Source: Saprospiraceae bacterium
GTDB lineage: Bacteria; Bacteroidota; Bacteroidia; Chitinophagales; Saprospiraceae
DNA: 64,000 nucleotides
Direction of reading: 5' to 3'
Assembly (NCBI GenBank): GCA_035327565.1
Contig: DAOLDB010000002.1
Span: forward strand, 5,661-69,660
Within the stretch, counting starts at the first letter, position 1, and each line of letters opens with the position of its first letter. This document shows, in pieces, positions 9,505-19,097 of the stretch. Below the pieces are notes generated by a model. That model did no database searches and was not told the origin of the DNA. It saw nothing but the letters and a program-made list of their open reading frames with translations. Position numbers and translations under genes: made by a program.

Positions 9505-12500
9505 ATGGCACGGAATTCATTACTTATCAATTTGATTCAGAATAGCAGGGTTGGATCGGATCTATTTACTATTTTGATGTTTTTACTCTTGAATAGTTTC
9601 TATATATCAGGGCAATGCCCTTTAACCACTCCCCCAGAGCCCGATATAATGAGTCAATCAGCATGTGAGGGAGTTTCAGGAAATGACAGGCCACAGGTCA
9701 CGGTCCAATTACCCGGCAGTTCGGATGATTATGAAGCGGTTTGGATCATTAATAATAATCCTGCCGGAATCACACCGGGTACAGAATTTGCTCCCGGGGA
9801 CCATATATCGGGGCTGGTATCATTTCCGGAAGGAGATAGAAGGACTGCACGTTTGGAAGGCACTGCACCCACAGGCGTTTACGAATTGTGTGTCTATATC
9901 ATTGACCGTAGTGATGCAACTTGTTTCAGTCCGGTATTATGTGGATTTGAATTAACGCTATTTGACCAGATTGAGGTGACAATTATGGCTGATCCGGATG
10001 GGGATATATGTGAAGGCATGAGTGTGCTTTATAGTGCGGATATAACCAATCCAGTAACCAGTATGTTTACCTATGCATGGTGTGCCTATGAAAATAATAT
10101 GGGTATAGACCCGTGTGAGGACATTTTTGACGACAACACCGCTCAATCACCCACCGGTACCTGGAATTTAGGCATTGGGCCAGGTTCAATAGGAGTGACC
10201 GTTACAGGGAACATCCCGGGTTGTGTAACATCTTACTTTACAGGTTTTAATGTTTTGCCATTACCAGAGATCGAATGTCCTGCTGATCCGGTTCCCATAT
10301 GCTCCAATGAAACGTTGGATTTATCCTCAATTGATTTTAATCCAATGCCAGCAGGAGGTGATTTTGTATTTACTGGAGATGGTGTTTCAGGTACAACTTT
10401 TGACCCTTCCGGTTTGGCTTTAGGGAATCACACTATAACTGTAGAATATACTGATCTCAACGGGTGTGCCACTGAATGCCATTTTGATATTGATATTTTA
10501 GGCATACCTGACAATTCATTTCGCGATGAAGGGTTATTAACTTCGGAGGACCATATGGCCTGTCCGGGTGAAATTTTTGAATATGGTGCTGAGGTAGATC
10601 CCACGGATGGATTTATAGTACAATGGTCGATTTCAGGAGGTGGTGTGATCCAGGGAGATGATGATGAAAGAGAAGTTGAAATACAATGGGAAAATTCAGG
10701 GGTACATACTGTAACACTCACTGTTACAGATAACAGTACCGGATGTACTAATTCCAGTTCTTTGGAAGTAACTGTTCTTTCGCCGGTTATTATCTGTCCG
10801 GATGACATTATGATCACCATGGTTCCACTGGCATGTGATACCATGGTCATGTATGCAGACCCTACCGACGGTAGTACCTGTAATATAATGGATCCAATCT
10901 TTAACAGGATATCTGGCCCTTCCTCCGGAGATGTATTGCCTGCGGGTACTCATGAAGTCATGTATGAATTGGTGGATGATTACAACAATAGGGATACTTG
11001 TTCATTTTATATAATCATCAATGAATTTCAGCCGGATTATTTACTTTGTATGGATTACAATATTTCTCTGGGCGAAACATGTGGTGCTGAAGAATTGACA
11101 CCTGCTCTTTTACTTAAAGGAGACCAGTATGGGTGTTTGGATAGTTGTACATTATTGGTAACCGATAAGCATGGAAATATTCATTCCAATACTTTCAATG
11201 TAGATGATATAGGAATAACCTATCATTATTTGATCATGTGCGGCACTCTCCCCTGCTCAGGAAAGATCACTATAGAGGATAAAATACGTCCTCAGATTGT
11301 TTGTCTGGATGATACGATTTCTTGCACCCAGGTGAATGATTATCCCATTGTTCCGAATGTAATGGATAACTGCGGAGCTACTGTTGTATTGATAGGGGAA
11401 ATTGTAGAAACCTTTCAATGTAACTCTGAATTGACAGGACGACTGATCAGAACCTGGTTAGCTACCGATGCAGGTGGGAATAAAGATACCTGTATTCAGT
11501 ATGTAGGATTGAGAAGAAGTGACCTGAACGCCATTGAATGGCCGGACAACTTTACCGAGGCTAACGGCAATCCCCTCATTTGCGGAACTGGTTTTGCACT
11601 GGACGATGATGGCCATCCCCATCCTTCAGTAACCGGTTCGCCGAAATTGGATGGCATGGACCTCTATCCTGATCTGATGGGAGCAATATGCAATGGATTT
11701 ATCCGATATCGAGATACGGTGGTAATAAATACAGATTGTAAAAAGAGAATTAGGAGGCACTGGGAGGTTGGAGAATGGTGGTGCAGTGAATTAGTAAAAA
11801 GTGAATGGTTGCAAATGATTGAGATCATCGACACATTACCACCTATGCTTAGTTCTCTGCCTTTCAATATGACATTGACCACAGGAATCCACGATTGCTA
11901 TGCTACAGTCGTTTTGCCACCCATAGGTTTTATTGACCTGTGCGTCACTGAAGTAAAAGTAAATATTGATTATCCTTTTGGGTTTTTGCAGAACAGCAAC
12001 GGGGGGATAATTAAATTGCCGGAAGGCGTACATACCATCACCTATGAAGTGATTGACAAATGTAAACAAGCTGCCTATCATGAAATTATTATTACTGTTA
12101 TGGACATGAGTCCACCCACCCCCATTTGCCGTCAGAACCTCGTGGTTGGACTGAATCATTTGGGTAGTGCCAGTTTGTTGGCAAATGCGCTCAACAATGG
12201 AAGTTTTGATGCCTGTACCGAAGAGGTAACCTTTTTAGCCAAAAGATTGGATGATGGATGCAGTGATGAGGAAGAGGAATGGGCGGAATGGATTTATTTT
12301 TGTTGTGCAGATGCAGGGAAATCCATCATGGTAGCATTATTGGTTACTGACGGCAATGGGAATACCAATATTTGCATGGTAAATGTAGAAGTTCAGGATA
12401 AGCTGGAACCCAAAATGGAATGTCTTCCTGATGCTACTGTCGATTGCAGGGAAAACTTTGGTCTTAATAATCTGGCATTTCATTTTGGATTTCCGGAGAT

Positions 12501-14811
12501 CACTGACAACTGTCCTGACAATAATGATATAATTGAAAGGGTGCTTACAGATTTTAATCAATGCGGAATAGGTGTGATCACTCGTATTTTTGATTTGGTC
12601 AATGCATCAGGCATGGTAGTACAGACATGTGAACAAAATATATTTTTTGAAGTCAATGATACTTTATCCTATGAAGATATTATTTGGCCCAAGGACTCTC
12701 TTTTTGAAAATATTTGTGAATACCATATGGATCTCTTACCGGAGAATCTTCCGGAAGGATACGGCTACCCTGTCGTCCCTGATACCTTTTGCAATCTATC
12801 GGCATTCAACTATTGGGAAGAAATTTTTGATGCAACAGAGGGTGAGGAGGCATGTTTTAAAATCGTTAGAACGTGGAGGGTAATCGACTGGTGTACACAG
12901 GTGGAGAACGGTACTGGACTGGAATTCCTGTCTTTCGAATACCAGCAATATATAAAGGTTATTAATACCATTGAACCTGAAATTACTGATGGGTGCGAAG
13001 ATGTGGTTGTAGCCAATACTTCCCCTGTTTGTGGAAAGATTGAAATCAACTTAAGTATCGAAGCAATGGACGATTGTACTCCGGAGGAACTATTGGTTTA
13101 TCTGTATTCCATTGATATGGATGATGATGGGATCATTAATGTATCCGGTACCGGTAAAGTGGCTACTGATTCCTTTGCAGTGGGAATACACAGAATTTAT
13201 TGGGAGGTATTGGATCGATGTGGAAATATTGCCCTTTGTGATTATTTGGTTGAAGTAGTTCATGGAAAGCCACCTACTCCGATTGCTTTTGATTCATTGA
13301 GTGTGCCTTTAATACCTATGGCTTTTGGAGGAGGTCCGGGTGATGATACTGCAATGGTCACCATTTCAGCAGATATTTTTGATAATAAAAGTTTTCACCC
13401 TTGTGGCTTTGATCTTTCTTTCAGTTTTTCAAATGATGTAGATGATACAACCATGACATTCGGATGTGAAGATATAGGAATTCAATCTATCCAATTTTGG
13501 GTAACTGATGAAAATGGAACTCAGGCTTTTGTCAATGTCGGCATTATTATCCTTCCTGATTCGTTGGGAATATGTCCGGTGAATTCACCTCGTGTGGGGA
13601 TTTCAGGCAAGCTTTATACTGAAGAAAATCAATTTGTGGAAAAAGCTGAAGTATTCCTGATTGGCTCAGAATTGCCTTCATTTTCCACTGATTTACAAGG
13701 GACCTACGACTTTGGCTTTATGGATAAAGGAGGTAAGTATATTGTCAAAGCTGCTAAAGATGATGATGTACTCAATGGAGTCAGTACATTGGATTTGGTG
13801 ATGATACAACGTCATATTTTGGGTGTTCAGCCCATCCGGTCCCCCTATAAACAAATAGCAGCAGATATCAATAGTGATGGAAGAATTTCAGTAGCTGATA
13901 TTATGGAACTGAGAAGGGTTATTTTAGGACACCGGGATTACTTCTCAAACAGTCAAAGCTGGAAATTTGCAGATGCATCTTTTGATGTAACCGATCCGAA
14001 TATATGGATTGAGGATATACCTCTTGAATATAACATAGACCTTTTGGACAGGGATATGGAAGTTGACTTTATTGGTATCAAGGTGGGGGATATTAATGGA
14101 GATGCTCGACCCAACCAGCGTATGAACCTGGATCCTTACAGGTCAGGAAAAACTGCATACATTCACGCTGCTGACCGTTTGGTGGAATTTGGAGAGGAAA
14201 TACATATAACCATGGCTGTATACGAAAAAAATCTTTTGGGAATGCAATGGTCTTTATCAGGAAAGGATGTTCGATGGACGGGCCTAGAGAAAGGGTCCTT
14301 TGACATTGACATGCAGAATTATATGCTTCAAGAAGATATAATCAGATTTAGCTATAATTGGGATAATCATGAACCCGGAGGGTTTGACGAGCCCATATAT
14401 CTTACATTGAGAGGGGTAGCTCTTTCGGATGGAGTGCTCAGTGAAATGATATTCTTTGATGAAAGCTTTATGAAAGCTGAATTGTACAAAGGTGGAGGAA
14501 CTCCTGAAGCGATACGATTGAGTCTGGATTGGAAAAAAGAGAATATTGATCCATTTCAGGTGTACCAAAACTTTCCCAATCCTTGGAGGGATCAAACGGT
14601 GATTCGATTTGATGTACCCAGACCAGGCCGGGTGCAATTTATTGTTCGGGATATTTCGGGAAGAGAATTAATGAATTTCACTGAGTATTATCCCCAGGGT
14701 ACTCACCAGAGAGAAGTTTCAAACCATGAAATTTCATCAGGAAGAGTTTTGATTTATGAAATGAAATATGAAGACGTTTCCATTAGTAAGCGGATGATTA
14801 AGATTGAATAG
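9505..14811 (+). CDS. Giant cysteine-rich cell-surface protein 2, paralogue of 1848-8417, with a dockerin-like repeat pair and a T9SS C-terminal sorting domain
   Basis: 1768-aa ORF with signal-peptide-like N-terminus (LFTILMFLLLNSFYISGQ). Collinear blocks are shared with protein 1, for example HPHPSVTGSPKLDGMDLYP...CKKRIRRHWEVGEWWCS versus FPHPDVTGVPTLEGTPLYP...CHTKILRTWKVLEWYCS, and CFKIVRTWRVIDWCT versus CFKILRKWTVIDWCQ. The C-terminal cassette is the same. Confidence 0.85.
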   Translation: MARNSLLINLIQNSRVGSDLFTILMFLLLNSFYISGQCPLTTPPEPDIMSQSACEGVSGNDRPQVTVQLPGSSDDYEAVWIINNNPAGITPGTEFAPGDHISGLVSFPEGDRRTARLEGTAPTGVYELCVYIIDRSDATCFSPVLCGFELTLFDQIEVTIMADPDGDICEGMSVLYSADITNPVTSMFTYAWCAYENNMGIDPCEDIFDDNTAQSPTGTWNLGIGPGSIGVTVTGNIPGCVTSYFTGFNVLPLPEIECPADPVPICSNETLDLSSIDFNPMPAGGDFVFTGDGVSGTTFDPSGLALGNHTITVEYTDLNGCATECHFDIDILGIPDNSFRDEGLLTSEDHMACPGEIFEYGAEVDPTDGFIVQWSISGGGVIQGDDDEREVEIQWENSGVHTVTLTVTDNSTGCTNSSSLEVTVLSPVIICPDDIMITMVPLACDTMVMYADPTDGSTCNIMDPIFNRISGPSSGDVLPAGTHEVMYELVDDYNNRDTCSFYIIINEFQPDYLLCMDYNISLGETCGAEELTPALLLKGDQYGCLDSCTLLVTDKHGNIHSNTFNVDDIGITYHYLIMCGTLPCSGKITIEDKIRPQIVCLDDTISCTQVNDYPIVPNVMDNCGATVVLIGEIVETFQCNSELTGRLIRTWLATDAGGNKDTCIQYVGLRRSDLNAIEWPDNFTEANGNPLICGTGFALDDDGHPHPSVTGSPKLDGMDLYPDLMGAICNGFIRYRDTVVINTDCKKRIRRHWEVGEWWCSELVKSEWLQMIEIIDTLPPMLSSLPFNMTLTTGIHDCYATVVLPPIGFIDLCVTEVKVNIDYPFGFLQNSNGGIIKLPEGVHTITYEVIDKCKQAAYHEIIITVMDMSPPTPICRQNLVVGLNHLGSASLLANALNNGSFDACTEEVTFLAKRLDDGCSDEEEEWAEWIYFCCADAGKSIMVALLVTDGNGNTNICMVNVEVQDKLEPKMECLPDATVDCRENFGLNNLAFHFGFPEITDNCPDNNDIIERVLTDFNQCGIGVITRIFDLVNASGMVVQTCEQNIFFEVNDTLSYEDIIWPKDSLFENICEYHMDLLPENLPEGYGYPVVPDTFCNLSAFNYWEEIFDATEGEEACFKIVRTWRVIDWCTQVENGTGLEFLSFEYQQYIKVINTIEPEITDGCEDVVVANTSPVCGKIEINLSIEAMDDCTPEELLVYLYSIDMDDDGIINVSGTGKVATDSFAVGIHRIYWEVLDRCGNIALCDYLVEVVHGKPPTPIAFDSLSVPLIPMAFGGGPGDDTAMVTISADIFDNKSFHPCGFDLSFSFSNDVDDTTMTFGCEDIGIQSIQFWVTDENGTQAFVNVGIIILPDSLGICPVNSPRVGISGKLYTEENQFVEKAEVFLIGSELPSFSTDLQGTYDFGFMDKGGKYIVKAAKDDDVLNGVSTLDLVMIQRHILGVQPIRSPYKQIAADINSDGRISVADIMELRRVILGHRDYFSNSQSWKFADASFDVTDPNIWIEDIPLEYNIDLLDRDMEVDFIGIKVGDINGDARPNQRMNLDPYRSGKTAYIHAADRLVEFGEEIHITMAVYEKNLLGMQWSLSGKDVRWTGLEKGSFDIDMQNYMLQEDIIRFSYNWDNHEPGGFDEPIYLTLRGVALSDGVLSEMIFFDESFMKAELYKGGGTPEAIRLSLDWKKENIDPFQVYQNFPNPWRDQTVIRFDVPRPGRVQFIVRDISGRELMNFTEYYPQGTHQREVSNHEISSGRVLIYEMKYEDVSISKRMIKIE
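13759..13930 (+). other. Dockerin type-I-like duplicated Ca-binding segment (domain of giant protein 2)
   Basis: DDDVLNGVSTLDLVMIQRHILG ... ADINSDGRISVADIMELRRVILG. The second segment is a close match to the dockerin repeat D.N.DG.I...D...L...ILG. Confidence 0.6.
14560..14808 (+). other. T9SS (Por) type-A C-terminal sorting domain of giant protein 2
   Basis: VYQNFPNPWRDQTVIRFDVPRPGRVQFIVRDISGRELMNF...GRVLIYEMKYEDVSISKRMIKIE follows the NPF/NPW ... G.Y ... K.(I/V) tail pattern of T9SS cargo. Confidence 0.7.
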
Positions 14812-14840
14812 TCCGTGATTTTAGTGATATTGCTTTTGTA

Positions 14841-14872
14841 AAGGCCTTCCAATTGGAGGGCCTTTTATTTTG
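14841..14872 (+). terminator. Rho-independent terminator after giant protein 2, in the gap between convergent genes
   Basis: AAGGCCTTCC-AATT-GGAGGGCCTT (10-bp stem with one G-U pair) followed by TTTATTTT. Confidence 0.75.
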
Positions 14873-14892
14873 AATCATTTCGATTATTATAG

Positions 14893-15363
14893 CTAAGCGA
14901 TTACTGCTAATATATTTTTAAACAATTTACCATTGCTGATTTGCCAGCCTTTCTCAGTGTATTCAAATATAACGGATTCGCGCGGAGCGGAATAGGCTTG
15001 CTCCGATGTATAAGCTTTATAGCCGGCAGAACGATTAATATTATCGAATTGTTTTTTTTCATCAGCCTGTAATTGCTCAAAAGGTTTATTGCTCTCAATA
15101 ACAGCCAGAATCATTCTGTCATTCTGAAATTGAATAGATGCCTTTTTACCTGATGTATGAATCTCTAAATATTGGATTTTCCGGAGAGTCTTTTCCAGAA
15201 TGAAGTTACTAAATTGATTAATATAGTCATTGGCAAGATCCCGGTCAGACTCATTTATACATTGCCATTTTTGGGCATCTATACCCTGAGAGGATAAGAA
15301 AAGAATGAATTCAGATTCCAATAACTTTAACTCTTCAAGACTTAATCGCCGGTTTAATAACAT
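14893..15363 (-). CDS. Conserved Bacteroidota hypothetical protein (resembles the DUF6495 family from memory)
   Basis: 156-aa ORF. The N-terminus RRLSLEELKLLESEFILFLSSQGIDAQKWQ resembles a small cytoplasmic family common in Flavobacteriia and Cytophagia. I recognise no catalytic motif. Confidence 0.5.
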   Translation of the reverse strand: MLLNRRLSLEELKLLESEFILFLSSQGIDAQKWQCINESDRDLANDYINQFSNFILEKTLRKIQYLEIHTSGKKASIQFQNDRMILAVIESNKPFEQLQADEKKQFDNINRSAGYKAYTSEQAYSAPRESVIFEYTEKGWQISNGKLFKNILAVIA

Positions 15364-15619
15364 ATGAAAAAATATTTGTTTGGAGCAAAGTAATTATTCT
15401 ATTCTTTCAAATTCCATCAATAATGGTTCCATCCCCAATTTAGGTACTTCTTCTAACTTGCACTTTTTCCAGTAGATCAATGCAGATTATTTTAATTTTT
15501 CTTCGACGAAAATCTACATGTACTGGGAAAACCATGAAGGATGATGATCCATTATTGAGGAGATGTATCAATACAAATTAGTATTTGCATTTGCTGTAAT
15601 ATGTGTTTCATGTTGATGT

Positions 15620-17140
15620 TTAAAGCCAGCTCAAGGCCATACCCATAGGCTTTCCAATCAATTTGCTATTAATCCATGTCAGCATATCCAGATATAGAAA
15701 AGCTTTGCTTTCATATTTGTTGTGGTAAAGGAGGATGAGTTCTTTTTGAAAAGACTCAAGTACAATTAATTTGTTCCTGGATGTTCCTTCACTTACTTTT
15801 TTAAAAAAGTGAAGAGATTTCTTTTGCAATTGATTAATTGATTTACCTTTTTTGAAAAAATGCTCAGCATTTGAAATCAAATAAGGTATGATGTCAAAGT
15901 TTTCAAGATCATAATGAGCCATAATGATCATAAGCCTTGTGTACCCCTGGATGTCCTCACGTAGAAACCCTACTTCCATGGTTAAAATTTTATTGAGGTA
16001 TTTCAAAGCAATGGAAGGTTTTCCTGCACCGAGGTGCATCCAGGCAATTTTGAAATGAAGTACCATAATCCGGTGAGCATCCAGTTTGTCTCCATATTTA
16101 TTGATCCTTCTTAAAGTACTTGGAAGGATCAATAGACCTTGTTCATATTTTCCGGTAAGAAAATAGGAGTTTAATCTCCCGTTATGGACATATAGAAAGG
16201 ATACAATTTGGGTATTTGTATTGAATTTTTTATAATTCAATTTTCTGTAAGACTCCAACTCTTCCAAATATTGGTTATATGCTGTGATGTCTCGTATATT
16301 GTATGCTGAGGTTAAAAGATAGTGATATCCACGCATGAGCAGATTGGGATCACGTTCGGCATGATCGGGAGCATTTTTAAGCAGATTGACCCAAAGAAGT
16401 GCATATCGGTAGCATTGAGCAAAATCGATAAGAATATAATAATACCACACAAAGGATTGATATAGATACACTTGCTCAATAGTGTTCAGTTTGTCTAATG
16501 GAATTTGATTTATATTTTCTTCAAAGACGGATGTAATTTCATTTTCGTCATTTCTTGATTTTACATGTCCATTCTGAATGTACAGCCCGTGCAAATATAT
16601 TTTCAGATTTGATAAACGAATGGTAATCGATATATTAGTCAGTTTTTTTCCGGAACTGTAAAAAAGGTCTTTGGATTTTAGGGAGCCCGATCTAGTTATG
16701 TGACGGGATTCTATTAATTTTTCAAATTCAAGAATTTGGAGTACAGACATTTCGTCATTTAGTTTTTCAGATGAAGTCTTTGCTTTATCGAGGAGTTTGA
16801 GTGCCTGAAGGTATAATCCTTTACCGTACAGTATGTCAGCGAAATCCAGCAGTTCTCTGATTTCTATATTTGCATGTTTGTTTTTATGGATCAACCTCAA
16901 GGAAATCAAAATTTGACTGTATAAGTGCCTCTTTAAATTAGGTAATTGGGTCTTTGGAAATCTCTTTTGAATCGCTTTTTCATCCATTGTCTCCTGCTTT
17001 TCAAGGAGATCAAAAAGTTGGATGTACTTCATTGTCTCGCTATCCTGAATTCGTGAAGCATAAATTCGAAAATTTCGTTTTTCGGCCTTTGTTAAGGATT
17101 TGACCAGTTTATGTAGTTGATCAGAATGCGATATAGGCAT
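15620..17140 (-). CDS. Uncharacterised all-helical (TPR-like) protein
   Basis: 506-aa ORF, Leu/Lys/Tyr-rich, with no TM segment or signal peptide. The N-terminus LTKAEKRNFRIYASR...YIQLFDLL recalls a conserved Bacteroidota hypothetical family. Function unknown. Confidence 0.55.
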   Translation of the reverse strand: MPISHSDQLHKLVKSLTKAEKRNFRIYASRIQDSETMKYIQLFDLLEKQETMDEKAIQKRFPKTQLPNLKRHLYSQILISLRLIHKNKHANIEIRELLDFADILYGKGLYLQALKLLDKAKTSSEKLNDEMSVLQILEFEKLIESRHITRSGSLKSKDLFYSSGKKLTNISITIRLSNLKIYLHGLYIQNGHVKSRNDENEITSVFEENINQIPLDKLNTIEQVYLYQSFVWYYYILIDFAQCYRYALLWVNLLKNAPDHAERDPNLLMRGYHYLLTSAYNIRDITAYNQYLEELESYRKLNYKKFNTNTQIVSFLYVHNGRLNSYFLTGKYEQGLLILPSTLRRINKYGDKLDAHRIMVLHFKIAWMHLGAGKPSIALKYLNKILTMEVGFLREDIQGYTRLMIIMAHYDLENFDIIPYLISNAEHFFKKGKSINQLQKKSLHFFKKVSEGTSRNKLIVLESFQKELILLYHNKYESKAFLYLDMLTWINSKLIGKPMGMALSWL

Positions 17141-17373
17141 AACAAAATTGGGTGTTATAAATTACTTAAAATCAGATATATATCTCAATTAATTTATCCT
17201 TTGTCAATCACAATATAACTATAAATTGACTGGTCAGGTAGTTTATAATTCTTTAATATTGAATTAAAAATAGTAAGAATAAGTGTGATAAGGATTAGAA
17301 TCAATTCATGAAAATTATAAGTATTTAAACAGCTTCTCCATGGTTATAAATTCATACATGAAAATCTGGTGCA

Positions 17374-17712
17374 ATGAAAAAAATAGAAGCGATCATTCGT
17401 TCGTCCCGATTTGAAGAAGTGAAGTCTGCCCTCAGTGAAGCTGACATAAATTTCTTCACATTTACAGAAGTTAAAGGTTTTGGAAAGCAAAAGGGAGATC
17501 ATGTGGTATACAGAGGTGCAATATATGATATAGGTTACATTGCACGTCTTTCGCTACAGATCATCATTTCAAATGACCGGTTGGAGGAAGCGCTTAATGT
17601 AATAAGAAATGCTGCATATACAGGAGAGATTGGTGACGGCAAAATTATTGTCACACATATTGATGATGTCATTAGTATTCGCACAGGAAAAAGAAATGAA
17701 GAAGCTTTGTAA
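17374..17712 (+). CDS. glnB: Nitrogen regulatory protein P-II
   Basis: 112 aa. MKKIEAIIR start, T-loop GFGKQKG....YRGA with the conserved Tyr, and C-terminal GDGKI.V. Sits immediately upstream of an ammonium transporter. Confidence 0.93.
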   Translation: MKKIEAIIRSSRFEEVKSALSEADINFFTFTEVKGFGKQKGDHVVYRGAIYDIGYIARLSLQIIISNDRLEEALNVIRNAAYTGEIGDGKIIVTHIDDVISIRTGKRNEEAL

Positions 17713-17741
17713 AACAGCTGAAAATTTAAAAATGGTTACTC

Positions 17742-19001
17742 ATGGATGAAGCATTATTTGCAGTTCATAATTTGTGGATATTGATAGCAACTGTATTGGT
17801 TTTTGTCATGCATTTAGGCTTTTCAACACTGGAAGCAGGTTTTGTCAGACAAAAGAATGCGGTAAACATTTTGTTTAAAAACTGTATGATTATAGCCATA
17901 GGTTTGCTAACCTATTGGTTTTGCGGTTTTAATTTGATGTATCCGGAAGACAGTTTTTCCGGAATGATCGCACAATTCGGATTTAGTGACTTTGGATTGA
18001 CTATGCCGGAAGGAGATTCCGGGTTGGTTGCCTATGCGGAGGGACAATATACATATTATACGGATTTTATATTTCAGGCAATGTTTGCTGCCACATGTTG
18101 CACAATCGTTTCCGGTGCGGTGGCTGAAAGAATCAAGTTAATGCCTTTCTTAGTGTTTTGTACATTTTTTGTAGCCATGAGTTATCCAATAACTGGTATG
18201 TGGAAATGGGGAGGTGGCTGGTTGGATGGAATAGGTTTTTATGATTTTGCCGGCTCCACAGTAGTTCATTCAGTAGGGGGTTGGGGGGCATTGGCGGGAA
18301 TATTATTGTTAGGGGCCAGAAGGGGTAAGTTTCGCAAAGATGGCACTATTGTGCCTATTCCGGGACACAGCATGCCTTTTGCTACTTTAGGTGTATTTCT
18401 GCTTTGGTTTGGTTGGTTTGGTTTTAACGGCGGTTCTGTGCTGTCTGCTGATCCAGGCGCTGTTTCATTGGTTTTTGTTACAACGGCGTTGGCTGGAGCG
18501 GCAGGTGCGATTGGTGCTTTTGTGATTTCCAGGGTCATATTCAAATCTTATGATTTATCTATGGTATTAAATGGAATATTGGGGGGACTGGTTGGGATAA
18601 CCGCAGGTGCGAATCTTATGACACCAGGTCAAGCCATCTGTATAGGCACTGTTGCCGGAGCCATCATTCCTGTATCCGTAGTGTTTTTTGATCGAATGAA
18701 GATTGACGATCCGGTAGGAGCCACCTCCGTACACCTGGTATGCGGTATCTGGGGAACACTGGCTGTTGGACTCCTGGGTGTTCAGGCAGGAATTCAGCAA
18801 TTGCTGGCTCAACTGATGGGTATTATATCTATAGGAGTATTTACATTTTCATTTGCATTTATTCTTTTTTACATCATTAAGAGGGTATCAGGTATTCGTG
18901 TCACCGAAGAAGAGGAAATGAGAGGATTGGATATCACTGAACATGAAATGGAAGCTTATACAGTCAAATCAGGTGCTACTTATGAAATGGCCGTTGATTA
19001 A
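17742..19001 (+). CDS. amt: Ammonium transporter (Amt family)
   Basis: 419 aa, polytopic. Amt signatures FQAMFAATCCTIVSGAVAERIK, DFAGSTVVHSVGGW and SVHLVCGIWGTL. Confidence 0.93.
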   Translation: MDEALFAVHNLWILIATVLVFVMHLGFSTLEAGFVRQKNAVNILFKNCMIIAIGLLTYWFCGFNLMYPEDSFSGMIAQFGFSDFGLTMPEGDSGLVAYAEGQYTYYTDFIFQAMFAATCCTIVSGAVAERIKLMPFLVFCTFFVAMSYPITGMWKWGGGWLDGIGFYDFAGSTVVHSVGGWGALAGILLLGARRGKFRKDGTIVPIPGHSMPFATLGVFLLWFGWFGFNGGSVLSADPGAVSLVFVTTALAGAAGAIGAFVISRVIFKSYDLSMVLNGILGGLVGITAGANLMTPGQAICIGTVAGAIIPVSVVFFDRMKIDDPVGATSVHLVCGIWGTLAVGLLGVQAGIQQLLAQLMGIISIGVFTFSFAFILFYIIKRVSGIRVTEEEEMRGLDITEHEMEAYTVKSGATYEMAVD

Positions 19002-19097
19002 ATGAATATATGTGAGATGCGTTTTGAACTAAATGAAAGATGAGCGTCGATGATTTTGTACACATCGCGTGAGTTTATATAGAACTGAACAAAGTGT

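Noticed and set aside
10428-10953. Overlapping 140-aa and 85-aa minus-strand ORFs inside giant protein 2. Similar short antisense ORFs occur across gltB, the BNR protein gene, ileS and others.
   Set aside because: All are embedded in long, well-supported genes on the opposite strand or in another frame. They have no recognisable motifs and have lengths expected by chance in AT-rich coding DNA.
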